Shown here: piece after piece, positions 1 through 11,900 of the stretch | Layout: each line of letters starts with the position of its first letter | Position numbering within the stretch: the first letter of the stretch is position 1 | Source of the DNA: Mobula birostris | Taxonomy: Eukaryota | Assembly: GCF_030028105.1 (NCBI RefSeq) | Contig: NC_092371.1 | Location: 165,719,358 to 165,783,357, forward strand | Length of the DNA: 64,000 bases | Direction: 5' to 3' | The notes under the pieces: model-generated | What the model saw: only the letters and a program-made list of their open reading frames with translations | Told to the model about the DNA's origin: nothing | Database searches by the model: none | Program-made: the position numbers and the translations under genes

Positions 1-1200
1 TGTTCCACTGTCAGCCCTGCTAGGGTATCTTTCCAGTCAACTTTGATCAGCTCCTCCCTCATGGGTCCATAGTCCCCTTTGTTCAACTGTAATACTGACA
101 CTTCCGATTTTCCCTTCTCCCTCTCAAATTGTAGTTTAAAACTTATCATTAGTCATTGGGTATATTTAATGCAGAGGTTCTTGATTAGTCAGGGCATCAA
201 AAGCTACAGGGAGAAGGAAAGAGAATGGGGTTGAGAAGCCAAATAAATTAGCCACGATCAAATGGCAGAGCAGACTCAATGGCTGAATGATCTAATTCTG
301 CTCCTGTAGATTGTCTTATGGTCTTATTAGTGATAGTGGCTATACATCTGAGCAAACTGTAAAGAGGACAATATCTTATGTCCATTGTTATTCTTTATTT
401 CAACTGATTCTATTTTTTGTTCATGTTAGCCAAGATTATTCACCATTACTGTCCTAATGTACATTGTCATCAGCACTGGCCTATCTCCCTTTCCATTCAG
501 CCTGTACACAACGAGGTCCTACAGCACCCCCCCCCCCGTCAATGCCAATCATCAAATGCCAATGTAAACTGATCCTTGGTCCCATGTGCCAGTTGTTGCC
601 CTGCAGCCACTGGGCTCCTGGGCCGGTTTCACTCACCTCAGCACTGAACTGGCTCCAGTAGCAGTGGGNNNNNNNNNNNNNNNNNNNNNNNNNNNNNNNN
701 NNNNNNNNNNNNNNNNNNNNNNNNNNNNNNNNNNNNNNNNNNNNNNNNNNNNNNNNNNNNNNNNNNNNNNNNNNNNNNNNNNNNNNNNNNNNNNNNNNNN
801 NNNNNNNNNNNNNNNNNNNNNNNNNNNNNNNNNNNNNNNNNNNNNNNNNNNNNNNNNNNNNNNNNNNNNNNNNNNNNNNNNNNNNNNNNNNNNNNNNNNN
901 NNNNNNNNNNNNNNNNNNNNNNNNNNNNNNNNNNNNNNNNNNNNNNNNNNNNNNNNNNNNNNNNNNNNNNNNNNNNNNNNNNNNNNNNNNNNNNNNNNNN
1001 NNNNNNNNNNNNNNNNNNNNNNNNNNNNNNNNNNNNNNNNNNNNNNNNNNNNNNNNNNNNNNNNNNNNNNNNNNNNNNNNNNNNNNNNNNNNNNNNNNNN
1101 NNNNNNNNNNNNNNNNNNNNNNNNNNNNNNNNNNNNNNNNNNNNNNNNNNNNNNNNNNNNNNNNNNNNNNNNNNNNNNNNNNNNNNNNNNNNNNNNNNNN

Positions 1201-1222
1201 GTGTATATGTGGTCTGTTTCTG

Positions 1223-1253
<31 letters not shown>

Positions 1254-1410
1254 GTCTGTTTCTGGTGTGTGTGTGTGTGTGTGTGGTGTGCTGTGGTGTG
1301 TGTGGTGTGTGAGTGAGTGAGTGTGGTGTGGTGTGAGTGAGTGAGTGAGTGAGTGAGTGAGTGGTGTGTGTGTGGTGTGGTGTGTGGTGTGGTGTGTGTG
1401 TGTTTGTGGT
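1201..1410. repeat. (GT)n/(GAGT)n/(GTGTG)n compound microsatellite next to an assembly gap
   Basis: Directly visible simple repeats immediately after the N run 669-1200. Confidence 0.95.
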
Positions 1411-2029
1411 TTTGATTGAGTTTCTTTCTTTTTCTTTTTTTGCCTGCAGGAAAATGAATCTCAAGGCTCTATATAGTATACATACTTCGATAATAAGTTT
1501 GAACTTTCAGCTTTACTAGCACTAGCTAGCCATCTTTACATGAAGCACCCCAGATATTTAGTTCCCAGGCTGGGTTACCCAGCAATTATGTCCCTCATGG
1601 CCATTTGATCAAAACTAGATTTATTTATGCTATCAGTTCGCCTATCTTGTTACAAATACTTGGTGAGTTCAAATTATTGGTTGTTAATTTTGACTTTCAA
1701 TATCTTTTCAATACTTTGACCATAGTTTCTGCTGTTACTTTGTTCTTCCTGGCTCAATCTGCTCATTCTAACTCATACTGTTACCCTGTGGCATTTTTTT
1801 TAGGGATACAGTACAGTAGCACAACGAGACCATGACACCCAACTGCACCCCTGCGACTGATTAACCTACTAACCCAGCCGTCTTTGTGGGACGAAACTGG
1901 AACATCCAGAGGAATCCAGTACAGTCTCAGGGAGAACATACAAACTCCTTACAGACAGCAGCGGGTCGCTGGCAATCAATATCAGCTGCAGGTTTCTGTG
2001 TTTCCCCTCACCTGAACCCTGCCAAGCTC

Positions 2030-2900
2030 TGTGTGACAATGTTCTCAGTATTAATTAGTGCTTATCAGCAGGGTCAATGTTGAGTCAATATGCAGTCCAT
2101 TGCCATCATTAATCAGTGACTCGTGCACTGTCCATTCCCAGTGCCCAAGACCAGTCCCTGCTCAGTGGCAGTCTATGCCAGAGTTTAATGCCAAGTGCCC
2201 AGCGACAGCATCTAACAACAGATTATGTCCATTCACTGTGGTCAGTGCCAATCTGTATGCTACAAAATTGGCCAGTGTCCATCTCTGCCCCAGAGGCAGA
2301 GTCCCATAACAGTGCCTCCAGCCAATCAACACCCAGTGAGTGCACCCAGTTGCAGTAAGTGCAGTGATGGTCTAATCCAATGCCCAGTGTCAGCCAGTGG
2401 CTTGCGACAGTTAGCTGGTAGCAATCAATGTGCAGTGATAATCTATGCCCAGTGATCCAGCACCAGAATAGTTCATTATATGCCCAGATCAAGCTGGTGC
2501 ATGGCAATACTGCCCAGTGACAGTGTCCAGAGGCAGTCACTCTCCAGTGTCAGTTACCACTAAGGATGGTTCAGAGGCAGTCAGTCAGTGCACAGTGACA
2601 GTCAATGCCCCATGACGGTGTTCAGTGACAGGGTGTTCACAGTATACAGCGTGAATGCTCAGAGACCGTATCCAGAGAAAAGTCGATGGTCAGTGAGAGT
2701 CTCTAAGCTCCCCGATAGGCTGCACCCAGCGACAGTGCCCATGGAGCCGATGCCAGTGAAGGTACCCACCAGCAATCTGCACCAAAGCCTACGGTCAGGA
2801 GCAATAGCCAGAGTTGCCATCGCCCAGTGACAGACAACACTCACGTCCAATCAGCACCCGGCGCCCCGGAAGTCAGTGTCCGGAGACAGTGGTCAGTCTA
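2030..2900. repeat. Degenerate CAGTG/TGCCCAGTG-rich minisatellite-like tract in EPM2A intron 1
   Basis: Recurrent tgcccagtg, cagtgtcc, cagtgacag motifs every few tens of bases; no clean unit could be defined by eye. Confidence 0.5.
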
Positions 2901-2944
2901 GTGATCGTGGGGCGCCGGGCGCCGGTCAGTCCCGTGTCCCTCAC

Positions 2945-3185
2945 CTTCCCAGATGAACTGGCCACGGATCCGCTTGCCGAATTTGAACCAGAACCTCTCG
3001 GCGCAGCGCTCTTGCAGCACCACCTCGCCACACCAGAAGGAAGGCTCGTTCACTGCGCTGCTCGCCGGCTGCATCGGCACCGCTCGCTGCGGATCCCAGT
3101 GCCCCAGCTCCGGCCTCGACCCGCACACGAACAGCTGGGCATCGTGGTCAGCCAGCGTCACCACCACCCCGAACCGCAGCAGCAT
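2945..3185 (-). CDS. EPM2A: Laforin (glucan phosphatase) coding exon 1, CBM20 carbohydrate-binding domain; rest of gene lies left of the window or in the gap
   Basis: Translation MLLRFGVVVT...LFVCGSRPELGHWDPQRAVPM...EPSFWCGEVVL...FWFKFGKR...WEG matches the laforin N-terminus (MRFRFGVVVP...VGSRPELGRWEP...FWYKFLKR...WEG). It ends TGG GAA G/gtgagg, a phase-1 donor at 2944, in CpG-rich sequence. Confidence 0.95.
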
Positions 3186-3400
3186 TGCGTGCCGACAGTG
3201 CCCGAGGTGAAACTAATAGCGGGCTGGAGGGTCACTCCAACTCCACCCTCCTCTCGCACTCTCACTGGGCTGTCCGGAGGCATTGAACTCGCTCCACGGC
3301 CAATGGGCTGTGAGGGAAGCTCGGCCGGCCGCGCACCCAAAATAACCGGAGACACGGCAAGATCGTATTTCGGTTTCATCAACATTCAGCGCAAACACAC
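3186..3400 (-). promoter_or_regulatory. CpG-rich 5' UTR/promoter of EPM2A
   Basis: CpG-dense sequence directly upstream of the ATG, with a CCAAT motif at about 3300. Confidence 0.55.
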
Positions 3401-3464
3401 TGCACCCCCCTTCCAACTGTTCTGTATGACCCTTGGATCTTCATTTTCCAAGCTCCACACAGGG

Positions 3465-3900
3465 AGCACACACAAAATGCTGCTGGGACTCAGCCGGTCA
3501 GGCAGCATCCGCGGACGGGAATAAACAGTCGACGGTTCGAGCCGAGACCCATATAACCGGGACTCGGGTTATTGCTTTGAGAATTTGTGTCTGGTACTCC
3601 CGCTGCGGCCTCCTCTACATCGGTGAGACTAGGCAAGGTCATTTGATTCCAGACTGTAGCTGTGATAGCAATGCCACCCCCCACCTCTAACCTCCCTCCC
3701 CCCACTCCCACATCTAAACCCTGGAACATTCAGCAACCGTTGCTGCCCTTGTGACAGGCCAGTCTCTGCATTGGCAGCATCATAGTCCCATGTACTGACC
3801 CATGCTCTAAGTTCATCACCCTTCTGGATACTTCTTGTATTGGACACACTTCAACTCATCCCAGGGACTGGGATGTTTCGTGGATAATTTCTATTTTCTA
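3465..3900 (+). mobile_element. Penelope-like element fragment (GIY-YIG endonuclease remnant)
   Basis: Translation CVWYSRCGLLYIGETR is the YIG half of a Penelope GIY-YIG motif; it follows the acacacaaaatgctg...cagcatc repeat seen many times in the window. Confidence 0.65.
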
Positions 3901-4105
3901 AATGTTTATAGTCACCGGTGGAAATCTTAAACACAAAGCTCAGGATAGATTTTAAATAAACAAGAATATTGTGTTCTCTTAAACACATCTCTGCTATTTT
4001 CCCCCACCACTGTCTGATAATACTCTCCTCAAAGTAAAGATTTTTCTCCTGTTCCCTTTTGATTGAATTGGTGGCTGTCATAATATTTTCAACCTCTAGA
4101 TGCAT

Positions 4106-6950
4106 ACACATAAGAACATAAGAAATAGGAGCAGGAGTAGGCCATCCGGCCCATCGAGCCTGCCCCACCATTCAATAAGATCATGGCTGATCTGTCCGTA
4201 AACTCAGCTCCATTTACCTGCCTTTTCCCCAGAACCCTTAATTCCCCTACTATGTAAAAACCTATCTTAACTGTTTCTAAATTATATTCCATCTGCCAGA
4301 CCTTGGCCTACTCACTTAACCTATCTATATACCTCTCCACATCCTCTGTACAATTTGTTTTTCCACTCAGTTTAGTGTCATCAGCAAATTTTGCTATGCT
4401 ACACTCTGTCCCCTCTTCCAAATCATCAATGTAAATGGTAAACAGCTGTGGGCCCAACACCAACCCCTGCAGTACCCCACTCACCACAGACTACCAACCA
4501 GAGAAACTCTCTGCCTTCTATTGGTTAACCAATCCACTATCCATGCCAATACACTTCCTCCGTCTCCATGCATCCATATCTTATTTACAAGTCTCTTGTG
4601 CGGCACCTTATCGAACGCCTTCTGGAAATCCTAGTCTACGACATCCACTTGTTCCCCTCTATCCACTGCACTCATTATGTCCTCAAACAACTCCAGTAAG
4701 TTTGTCAAACAGGACCTGCCCTTTCTGAATCCATGCTGCATCTGTAAATAGAACCACTCCTTTCTAAATGTTTCACTATTTCTTCCTTAATGACAGCTGC
4801 AAGCATTTTCCCAGCTACAGATGTTAAGCTAACTGGCCTATAATTGCCTGTCTTTTGTCTACATCCTTTTTTAAAAAGCGGTGTGACATTTGCTGTAATC
4901 CAATCCGCTGGGACCTGCCCAAAGTCTACAGAGTTTTGATAAATGATTACCAACGTGTCTACTATAACGGGGACCCCAACCTTTTTTGCACTGCGGACCG
5001 GTTTAATATTGATAATATTCTTGCGGACCGGCCACGACCCGGGGGCGGGGGGGTGTTAATCAGGACCGGAATAAAGGTGATAAGTCACTTATCACTGGCT
5101 AATACACTTAATTTTGCTTCTAAAAGGATTTATCTAACGAATTTAATATTAAAAACACAGCACATATTTTCCTCACATGAATTTAGCGATAAGTCAATTA
5201 TAAGTCAAGAGGGGGTTCCTTATGTCCAGACTATTCCGCAATTTAGTTTTCGTTGCATTCATTGCAGAAAACTCTGCTTCGCAGAGATATGATGTTGGAA
5301 ATGGAAGCAAAGTTTTCAGTGCTTTCATAGCTATCTCATGATATTGAGCCTTGACTTTGATCCAGAATGCCGGCAGAGATGTTATGTCAAACAAACTTTT
5401 CAGCCCACCGTCATTTGCAAGCTCAAGAAGTTGATCTTCTTCCCGCGCTGGCATGGATGATTCACCAGGGACATTCACAAATGGGTCACGGACCCATTCC
5501 TTTGCACGTCTTGGGCCATTTGCGGTTGAGAAGTAACGATCGAATTCTGTCAACAGCGAAGATAGGTGTTCGTGCACCAGCTGTGAGCCTCAGTCTCTCC
5601 CAAATTCCCAGCTAATTTTGGGAATATGTCAGATATGCTCCTGTCCACTCGCCGTCCTCACAGTTCCAGTTTGGCTTTGAAAGCAGACACTTTATCTGCC
5701 AACTTGAAGACAGTTGTCATTTTTCCCTGAAGTGACAAATTGAGTTCACTGAGCAGTTGAAGATGTCACACAGATAAGAGAGTTTTGCTATCCACTCCTC
5801 GTCACTGAAGTGTGCTGCCAGTGGTGACTTTTTTCCTGAAAGAAATCTCTGTAGCTGCTGTCTTAACTCAAAAACCCTGGCCAGGGCTCTCCCCCTTGAT
5901 AGCCACCTGACTTCAGTGTGAAAGAGGTGTTTGTGCTTTGTAAAGCTGCTCAAACAGAGTTAAGAGCTTTTGCTTTGATGTGATTGATAACTTCAATAAC
6001 ATCACTCAATACGCTGTTAAGATCAGGTGACATTTTTCGGCTAGCCAGCATTTCCCTGGGTGTGACACAGTGTGCAGACTGGCATTCAGGAGCAACCTCT
6101 TTGACTCGGGTAGTGAAACCAGACTCGTTAAGCCGTTCCAACAGCTGTGCTTCGATGTCCTCCGCTATGTCATCGATTTTCCTTGAAACTGTGGTAGCTG
6201 AAAGAGAAACCTGTGCCATCTTGTTAGCTGCAGCTTCTCCCAACAGTTCACGACACATGTCCTTGGCAGCAGGCAGAATCAATTCTTCACCAACAGTGAA
6301 AGGCTTCTTAGCCTTAGCAATACAGCTAGCCACTAAGTACGATGCTCTCAGAGCAGCAGCATTTGTGGAGGTGGTGTCTCTCAGCACTTCCTTCTGTCCC
6401 GCTTGCTCAAGTTTACTCCGCTCAAGAAACTCCAGCGGGTTTGTCTTTAAGTGCAGGGTGCTTGGACTCAAGGTGCTGAAGCAGTTCTGAGGGCTTCATT
6501 GCCTCATTAGACCATTTGTCTCCACATATCACACACGGGGCTTGGAGCGTGCAAGTCACCGGTCGCAATTAAGCCATATTTTATGTATGACTTGTCGTAG
6601 TTTCTGTTGAAAGAAGCATTTTTTTTTTGCAGTCTCGTCCTCAGCTGTCTCTGCGTTATCATCATCGTTAGGCCTTTTATGTCCTCTACTGTCTCTTCCA
6701 AAGAAACTCTCAAGCGACGTTTGTTTTTTACTCATCAAGTAGTTGTAGGTTAATGACCGACTGATGACCTCACGTGCGTTCAGGTTCAACAGTGGGCGTG
6801 ACAGCGAATGAGGAAAGGTGCAGCCGACTCATATCGTTTCCTCGCGGCCCGGTGGTTGGGGACCGCTGTACTATAACCTCCGCCAATTCCTTCAGCACCC
6901 TGGGATGCATCCCATCAGGACCAGGGGACTTCTCTACCTTCAGGCCCTCA
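4106..6950 (-). mobile_element. CR1 LINE ORF2 fragment, split by a hAT insertion (CR1 parts 4106-4967 and 6869-6950)
   Basis: KSPGPDGMHPRVLKELAEVIV on the right of the hAT continues as DTLVIIYQNS...VPADW...NYRPVSLTS on the left; the CR1-type 3' tail (cataagaa)n is at about 4108-4125. Confidence 0.85.
4968..6868 (-). mobile_element. hAT (Buster/Charlie-type) DNA transposon, internally deleted and frameshifted transposase
   Basis: TIRs c(a)ggggaccccaacc / ggttggggaccgctg; 8-bp TSD TACTATAA at 4960-4967 and 6869-6876 (nnnTAnnn pattern); transposase pieces SKKQTSLESFF, HTEVRWLSRG, LPFPTSYLCEAEFS (hAT dimerisation motif). Confidence 0.93.
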
Positions 6951-7165
6951 GAGCTTAAAGAGCCTGGTAGTGGAGGTACCGAGTGTTGTGCCTGTAGGTA
7001 CCACAATATCACTGGGAGCTGTATACCAGCGAGAGAGAGGAGAGATGTGTGGGTGGGAGAGATGACAAGAGGGAGAACAACAGTGTGAGAGACTTCCACG
7101 TCCTAAATGGATGACTTTAAATACAAACTAAAGAATGAGCCACATCTCTATCCCATACAGAGGTG

Positions 7166-7171
7166 TTTATT
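7166..7171 (-). terminator. Candidate distal polyadenylation signal AATAAA of SELENOL
   Basis: tttatt on + strand, about 150 nt downstream of the SECIS in transcript direction. Confidence 0.6.
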
Positions 7172-7321
7172 GCCTTGCAGAGAAAGTTTCATTGACCATT
7201 ACAGAAGTTGGTTTGCTGCACCCAAATTCGTTGTATTCGATTTTCATTTGAAAAAATAATTCCATCCTTCACAACCCGCGCACCTTCAAGATGACGCTCT
7301 GTTTAAAGGCGAGGTCTCTGT

Positions 7322-7396
7322 CTGTTCTATAGTTACATCGAGTGGTGCCATTCAGATAGTCTGAGTGACAGCACCACTGTCATCCACATAAAACAG
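7322..7396 (-). promoter_or_regulatory. SECIS element (type II, non-canonical apical CAC) in the SELENOL 3' UTR
   Basis: Sense RNA: CUGUUUUAU-GUGG-AUGAC-AGUGGUGCUGU-CAC-UCAGA-CUA-UCUGA-AUGGCACCACU-CGAU-GUAACU-AUAGAACAG. It has a 9-bp helix I, an AUGAC/CGAU core with tandem G.A pairs, an 11-bp helix II and a 5-bp apical minihelix, and lies downstream of a gene with in-frame UGAs. Confidence 0.88.
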
Positions 7397-8818
7397 GCTG
7401 AGACCTGGCCCCCCTTCTCACTGCTCTCTACCTCCCACCAAACACACTCAGACCCTGACAATTACAAGGAGGAAAAAAACCCAAACTTCTCAACGCCAAT
7501 CGAAAGAAAATTTAACTCATCCTTTCCCAGTGTGATTCTAGCACACAGAGAGAACAGAACAAGAGGTCATAGGTTAAGGATGAAGGGTGAAATATTTAAG
7601 GGGAACCTGAGGGAGAACATCTTCATCCAGACGGTGGCAGGAGTGTGGATGGGGGCTCAACTGTAGCATTGAAGAGAAGCTTGGATGAGAGGGGTTTGGG
7701 TGTGGGTAGATGGGTCTAGGCAGAAAAAGAGTTCAGTACAGACTAGATGGGCTGAAGGATCTGCCTCTAAGACGGTCATGTCCTAAATTTATTTTTCTGG
7801 AAGCATATATCTTCCTCTTAAAACCTCTGGATGTAAAACAAAAGAAATATTCTGAAGATACTTCACAAACAAGAGAAAATCTGCAGATGTTGGAAATCAG
7901 AGTAACAGCTAAAATGCTGCCTGGCCAGCTGAGTTTCTCCAGCATTTTAGGTGCGTTACTGAAGATACTTAATTCCAATTCACCCCAGCCATTTCACATT
8001 AAGGGACAGATGATCACTCCAGATGTGTGATGTTGCCTCGCCAACCCCAGCCTTACCGCACCAAAAACACCCAATTGATATTCCACCATAACCTGTGAGC
8101 AGGTGATCCCTTCTTGCCCAGTTACTGAGGAAACAAAGTCAATCCAATTCTGTTCTGCAGATAGGTTGAACGAACTAGGGCCCTTCTCTCTGGAGCAAAG
8201 GAGGATGAGATAAATTGATAGAGGCATACAAAATGAAAAGACGCATAGATCGTGTACAGACTTTTCTCCCCCAAGGTGGAAATGGCTAACATGATGGAGC
8301 ATAATTTTAAAGTGATTGGAGGAAAGTAAAGGGGGATGTCAAGACAAGTCCTCTAATACAGAGAGTGGCAGGTGCATGAAATGCCCCGCCAGGGGCAGTA
8401 ATAGAGGCAGATACATTAGACATTTAAGAATTTCTAGGATAGGCCTGTGAATGATGGAAAATAGGAGGGCTATGGGGAAGAGAGGGGTTAGATCGATTTT
8501 AGAATGGGTTAAAAGGTTGTCACAACATGGTGGGCAGATGAACCTGCACTGTGCTTTAATGCTCAATATTCAATTCTACACACAAGCTTCTCTTGAATAT
8601 CCGTGGAGCTCCCGTTCCCATTTAGAGCCAAACAAGTCAATGGAGAAAGCAGAACTCTTACTGTGTTAAGGCATTAGACTTGTCACTTTTCATTTGCATG
8701 TTATGTTGAATTGCATAGATTAGTTTAGCAAAGAACAGGAATATAGAATCAACGTTACTAAAACTACAGCTGAAGATTTTTCCCTTCCTGCAACTTCTCA
8801 CACTCTACAGAAACTGCT

Positions 8819-8929
8819 TTATCTCATGGCTTTCAGTATTTCTGCCACGTTAGGTCGATCAGTTGGTTTGGCACTTGGGTGGAAGAAAATGATGGTCCCT
8901 TGTTGATCCAATCCAAAGTCACCACCAAG
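8819..8929 (-). CDS. SELENOL: SELENOL exon 9, last coding exon ([11 protein letters not shown]...[16 protein letters not shown])
   Basis: ctccccaacag acceptor; GGDF and DRP motifs; TAA at 8821-8819. Confidence 0.93.
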   Translation of the reverse strand, partial: LGGDFGLDQQGTIIFFHPSAKPTDRPNVAEILKAMR

Positions 8930-11900
8930 CTGTTGGGGAGAAGAATAAAGAAAGACCCTTCTCAATTTAAGAGTGATTAAAGATCAGTTATGTCACATGT
9001 ACATTGAAACAGAGTGAAATGTGTTGTTTGTGTCAATGACCAACACAAAGGCCGTGCTGGTGGCTGCCCATGTGTCACCACGCTTTCCGACAGCAATGTG
9101 TCCATAACTCACTCACCCTAACTCGACGATTTTGGAATGTGGGAAGAAACGGGGGCACGAGGAAAGCCACACGGTCACGTTGAGAACGTACAAATTCCAG
9201 TGGGAATTGAACCTCAGTTGGAGATTGCTGCTACTGTAAAGCGTTACACTAACAGCCATGCTACCTGAACCAGGTGGCAGTTTGGGGAGGCTCTATAATG
9301 CCTGTCAATCTGAAGTACAATTATAAAGTGCCCCCACAGGACTGCGGTGGACCCTCTGCCCTGATTGCAAATGAAAGCAGATGATGCTTCGTTCTCATTG
9401 CAGTTGGGCACGGGGAGTAAAAGTATTCAACCAAAGTGACACCAAGTTCTCAATGAAAGAAAACAGAAGAGTACAGCACAGTCCAGGACCTTCGTTGACC
9501 TCTAACCTACTCCAAGGTTAATCTAACCCTTCTCTCTCTCATAGCCCTCCGTTTTTCTATCATTCATTCATATGTCTATCTAAGAGTCTCATAAATGTCA
9601 CTAACGTAACTGCCTCTAATACCACCCCTGGCAGTGTGTTCCATGCACATCTATCACTCTCTGTGTAAAAAAAACCTCCCTATACTTCCCAACAATCACC
9701 TTAAAATTATGCCCCCTTCTATTAACTATTTCCACCAGGGAAAAAGTCTCTGGCTTTTCATTCCATGTCTATGCTTCTTGTCATCTTGTACACCTCTATC
9801 AAGTCTCCTCTCACCCTCCTTCGCTCTAAAGAGAAGAGCCCCTTCTCACTTAACCTAACCTCGTAAGACATGCTCTCTCATCCAGGTAGTCATGGTTCTT
9901 GAACTCAGTTGCCCAACTAATTAAGACCAACACACCAGACACCTTCTCAACAACCCTATCAACCCGCATGGCAGCTTTGGAGGATCGCTCCGTTCCTCCG
10001 CACTGCTAAGAATCCTGCCATTAACAGCGTACTCTGCCTTCCAAAGTGAACCACTTCACACTTTTGTGAACAGAACTCCATCTGCCACTTCTCAGCCCAG
10101 CCCTGTCAATATCCTGTTGTAACCTACAGTAGCCTTTTACACTATCTGCAAACCAATTTGTCCATTTTCCACAAACTGCAGGGGTCCCAGAGCAGATCCC
10201 CATGGAATACCACAAGTCACAGACCTCCAGGCAGAATAGGTCCCATCGATTGTCACCCTTTGCTTCCTGTGGGCAAGCCAGTTCTAAATCCACGCAGCCA
10301 AGATTCCCTGGATCCCATGCCTCTTGAAAGGTGATATCATTTTTCAAACGCCGATTTAAAACATCAAGTATATTCTGGAGAGTGGGATGGAGGTGTGAAT
10401 GAACTCTTTACCTGGTTGGTTAATAACAAGCACTGAACTAACCTGGTGCACATCATCGGGGTGTGTGCTACTTGGTAAGAGTCGATTGCTGACTATTTGT
10501 TCAGCATAATAAGTAATCACATCGATATTCCAGACCTTCTGAATGGACACTCCCAATCCAAACGCATGGTACAACTGGAAAAGACACAGACAAGATGCCC
10601 ATTTTGACTCAGTGCTAACTCGCTATTTTAATATAATAAAATTTGATTTCCTGTTCAAATCCACCCATATTCTATGGAGGGGAATAAAGAGTCGGTGTTT
10701 TGGGCGGAGACCCTTCATCAGAACTGGAATGGAAGGGGACGGGAGCCTGAAAAAGAAGGTGGAGGGAGGGGGAAGAGGACAGGCTGGTGGGTGCTTGGTG
10801 AGACCAGGTGAGGGGGAGGCAGGATGAAGTGAGCTCGGAGATGATGGGTAGAATAGCTGATAGGAGAGGCGAGTGGACCATGAGAGAAAGGGAAGGATGA
10901 GGGGCATCAGAGGAAAGTGAAGAGAGGGGAGCCAGAATGGAAAATGGAGAAAGGACAGGAAAGGAATGGAGGGTTATGGGCTGAGTGCAAGTCAGTGGGA
11001 CTGGGTGAGAGTAAGAGTTCAGCACGGACTAGAAGGGCTGAGATGGCCTGTTTCTGTGCTGTAATTGTTATATGGTTGTATGGAAAAGGGGGAGGGAAAG
11101 CAATTACCGGAAGTTAGGGAGATTGGTGTTCATGCCGTCAGGTTGAAGGCGGAATATGAAGTGGGGAGCAATTTGGGAAACTCTAAACGGGTCGGCACTG
11201 GCTTGGTGGGTCAAATTACCCGCAGCTTAGGATCACCGTATCTATTTGGGGACCCAATGAAAACACTCAAAAGTGCAAGTCACCTGCCGACTGGGATCCA
11301 GCAACATGTCATAGGGGCAGTTAGTCTCCTGAAGCCACTGAACAGCTCCATCCCGACACCCAAACGCGACCAGCAAGACCTTCAGGGGCACAGCATCCAG
11401 GCAGCTCTGTGTGAAACACAACAACCTCTCAATAACTACACCACCAATAGACTCAACGGAAAAAAAAACACCACGAAGCAAAATTCACAGGACCCATATT
11501 AATACAACTGATCTAACTTTGAGGTTGCCTCTGTTAGAAATAGCCAGAGAACTTAACACGGTGCACAGCCTTAAGTTGATCTGAAGGATTCAGTGGGAAG
11601 GCTACGAGGAAGAGGAGCCGTACCTGGCGTGCCTGCAGCTCTGCCAGGTGATCTCGTCACGGGAGTCAGGCAAAGTGCCTGAGCAGGACCAGCAGCAGCT
11701 TCTTCTCATCCTGCAGCAACTCACCCAGTTGAATTTCTCTGAAATGCAAACCGGAATGAGGAGAGATTAGAAACCCAGCCTGCTTAACCCACACAGCACT
11801 GGACTTAACTTTATTCAGAGGGAGTTCATTCTGCAGGAAAAGACCACATTCATACGACAGAGCACCTCAAGGGAGCAGTGGGGAAAGGATCAATGGAGGG

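Noticed and set aside
481-1464. Long ORFs spanning N runs (also 55953-56432)
   Set aside because: Artefacts of assembly gaps and microsatellite sequence.
8057-8154. Possible extra exon (AG...GTAAGG) in the SELENOL 3' UTR
   Set aside because: The acceptor lies in a CR1 fragment with a poor pyrimidine tract and the translation has no recognisable homology; it cannot be supported without transcripts.
8625-8695. Hairpin (ACAAGTC...GACTTGT) shortly after the SELENOL stop as a possible second SECIS
   Set aside because: It lacks the 3' GA of the core quartet and correct helix II/apical spacing.
11657-11668. Interpretation of the two in-frame TGAs as nonsense mutations (pseudogene)
   Set aside because: Both fall exactly at the redox-motif positions, all nine exons are otherwise intact, and a SECIS is present downstream.
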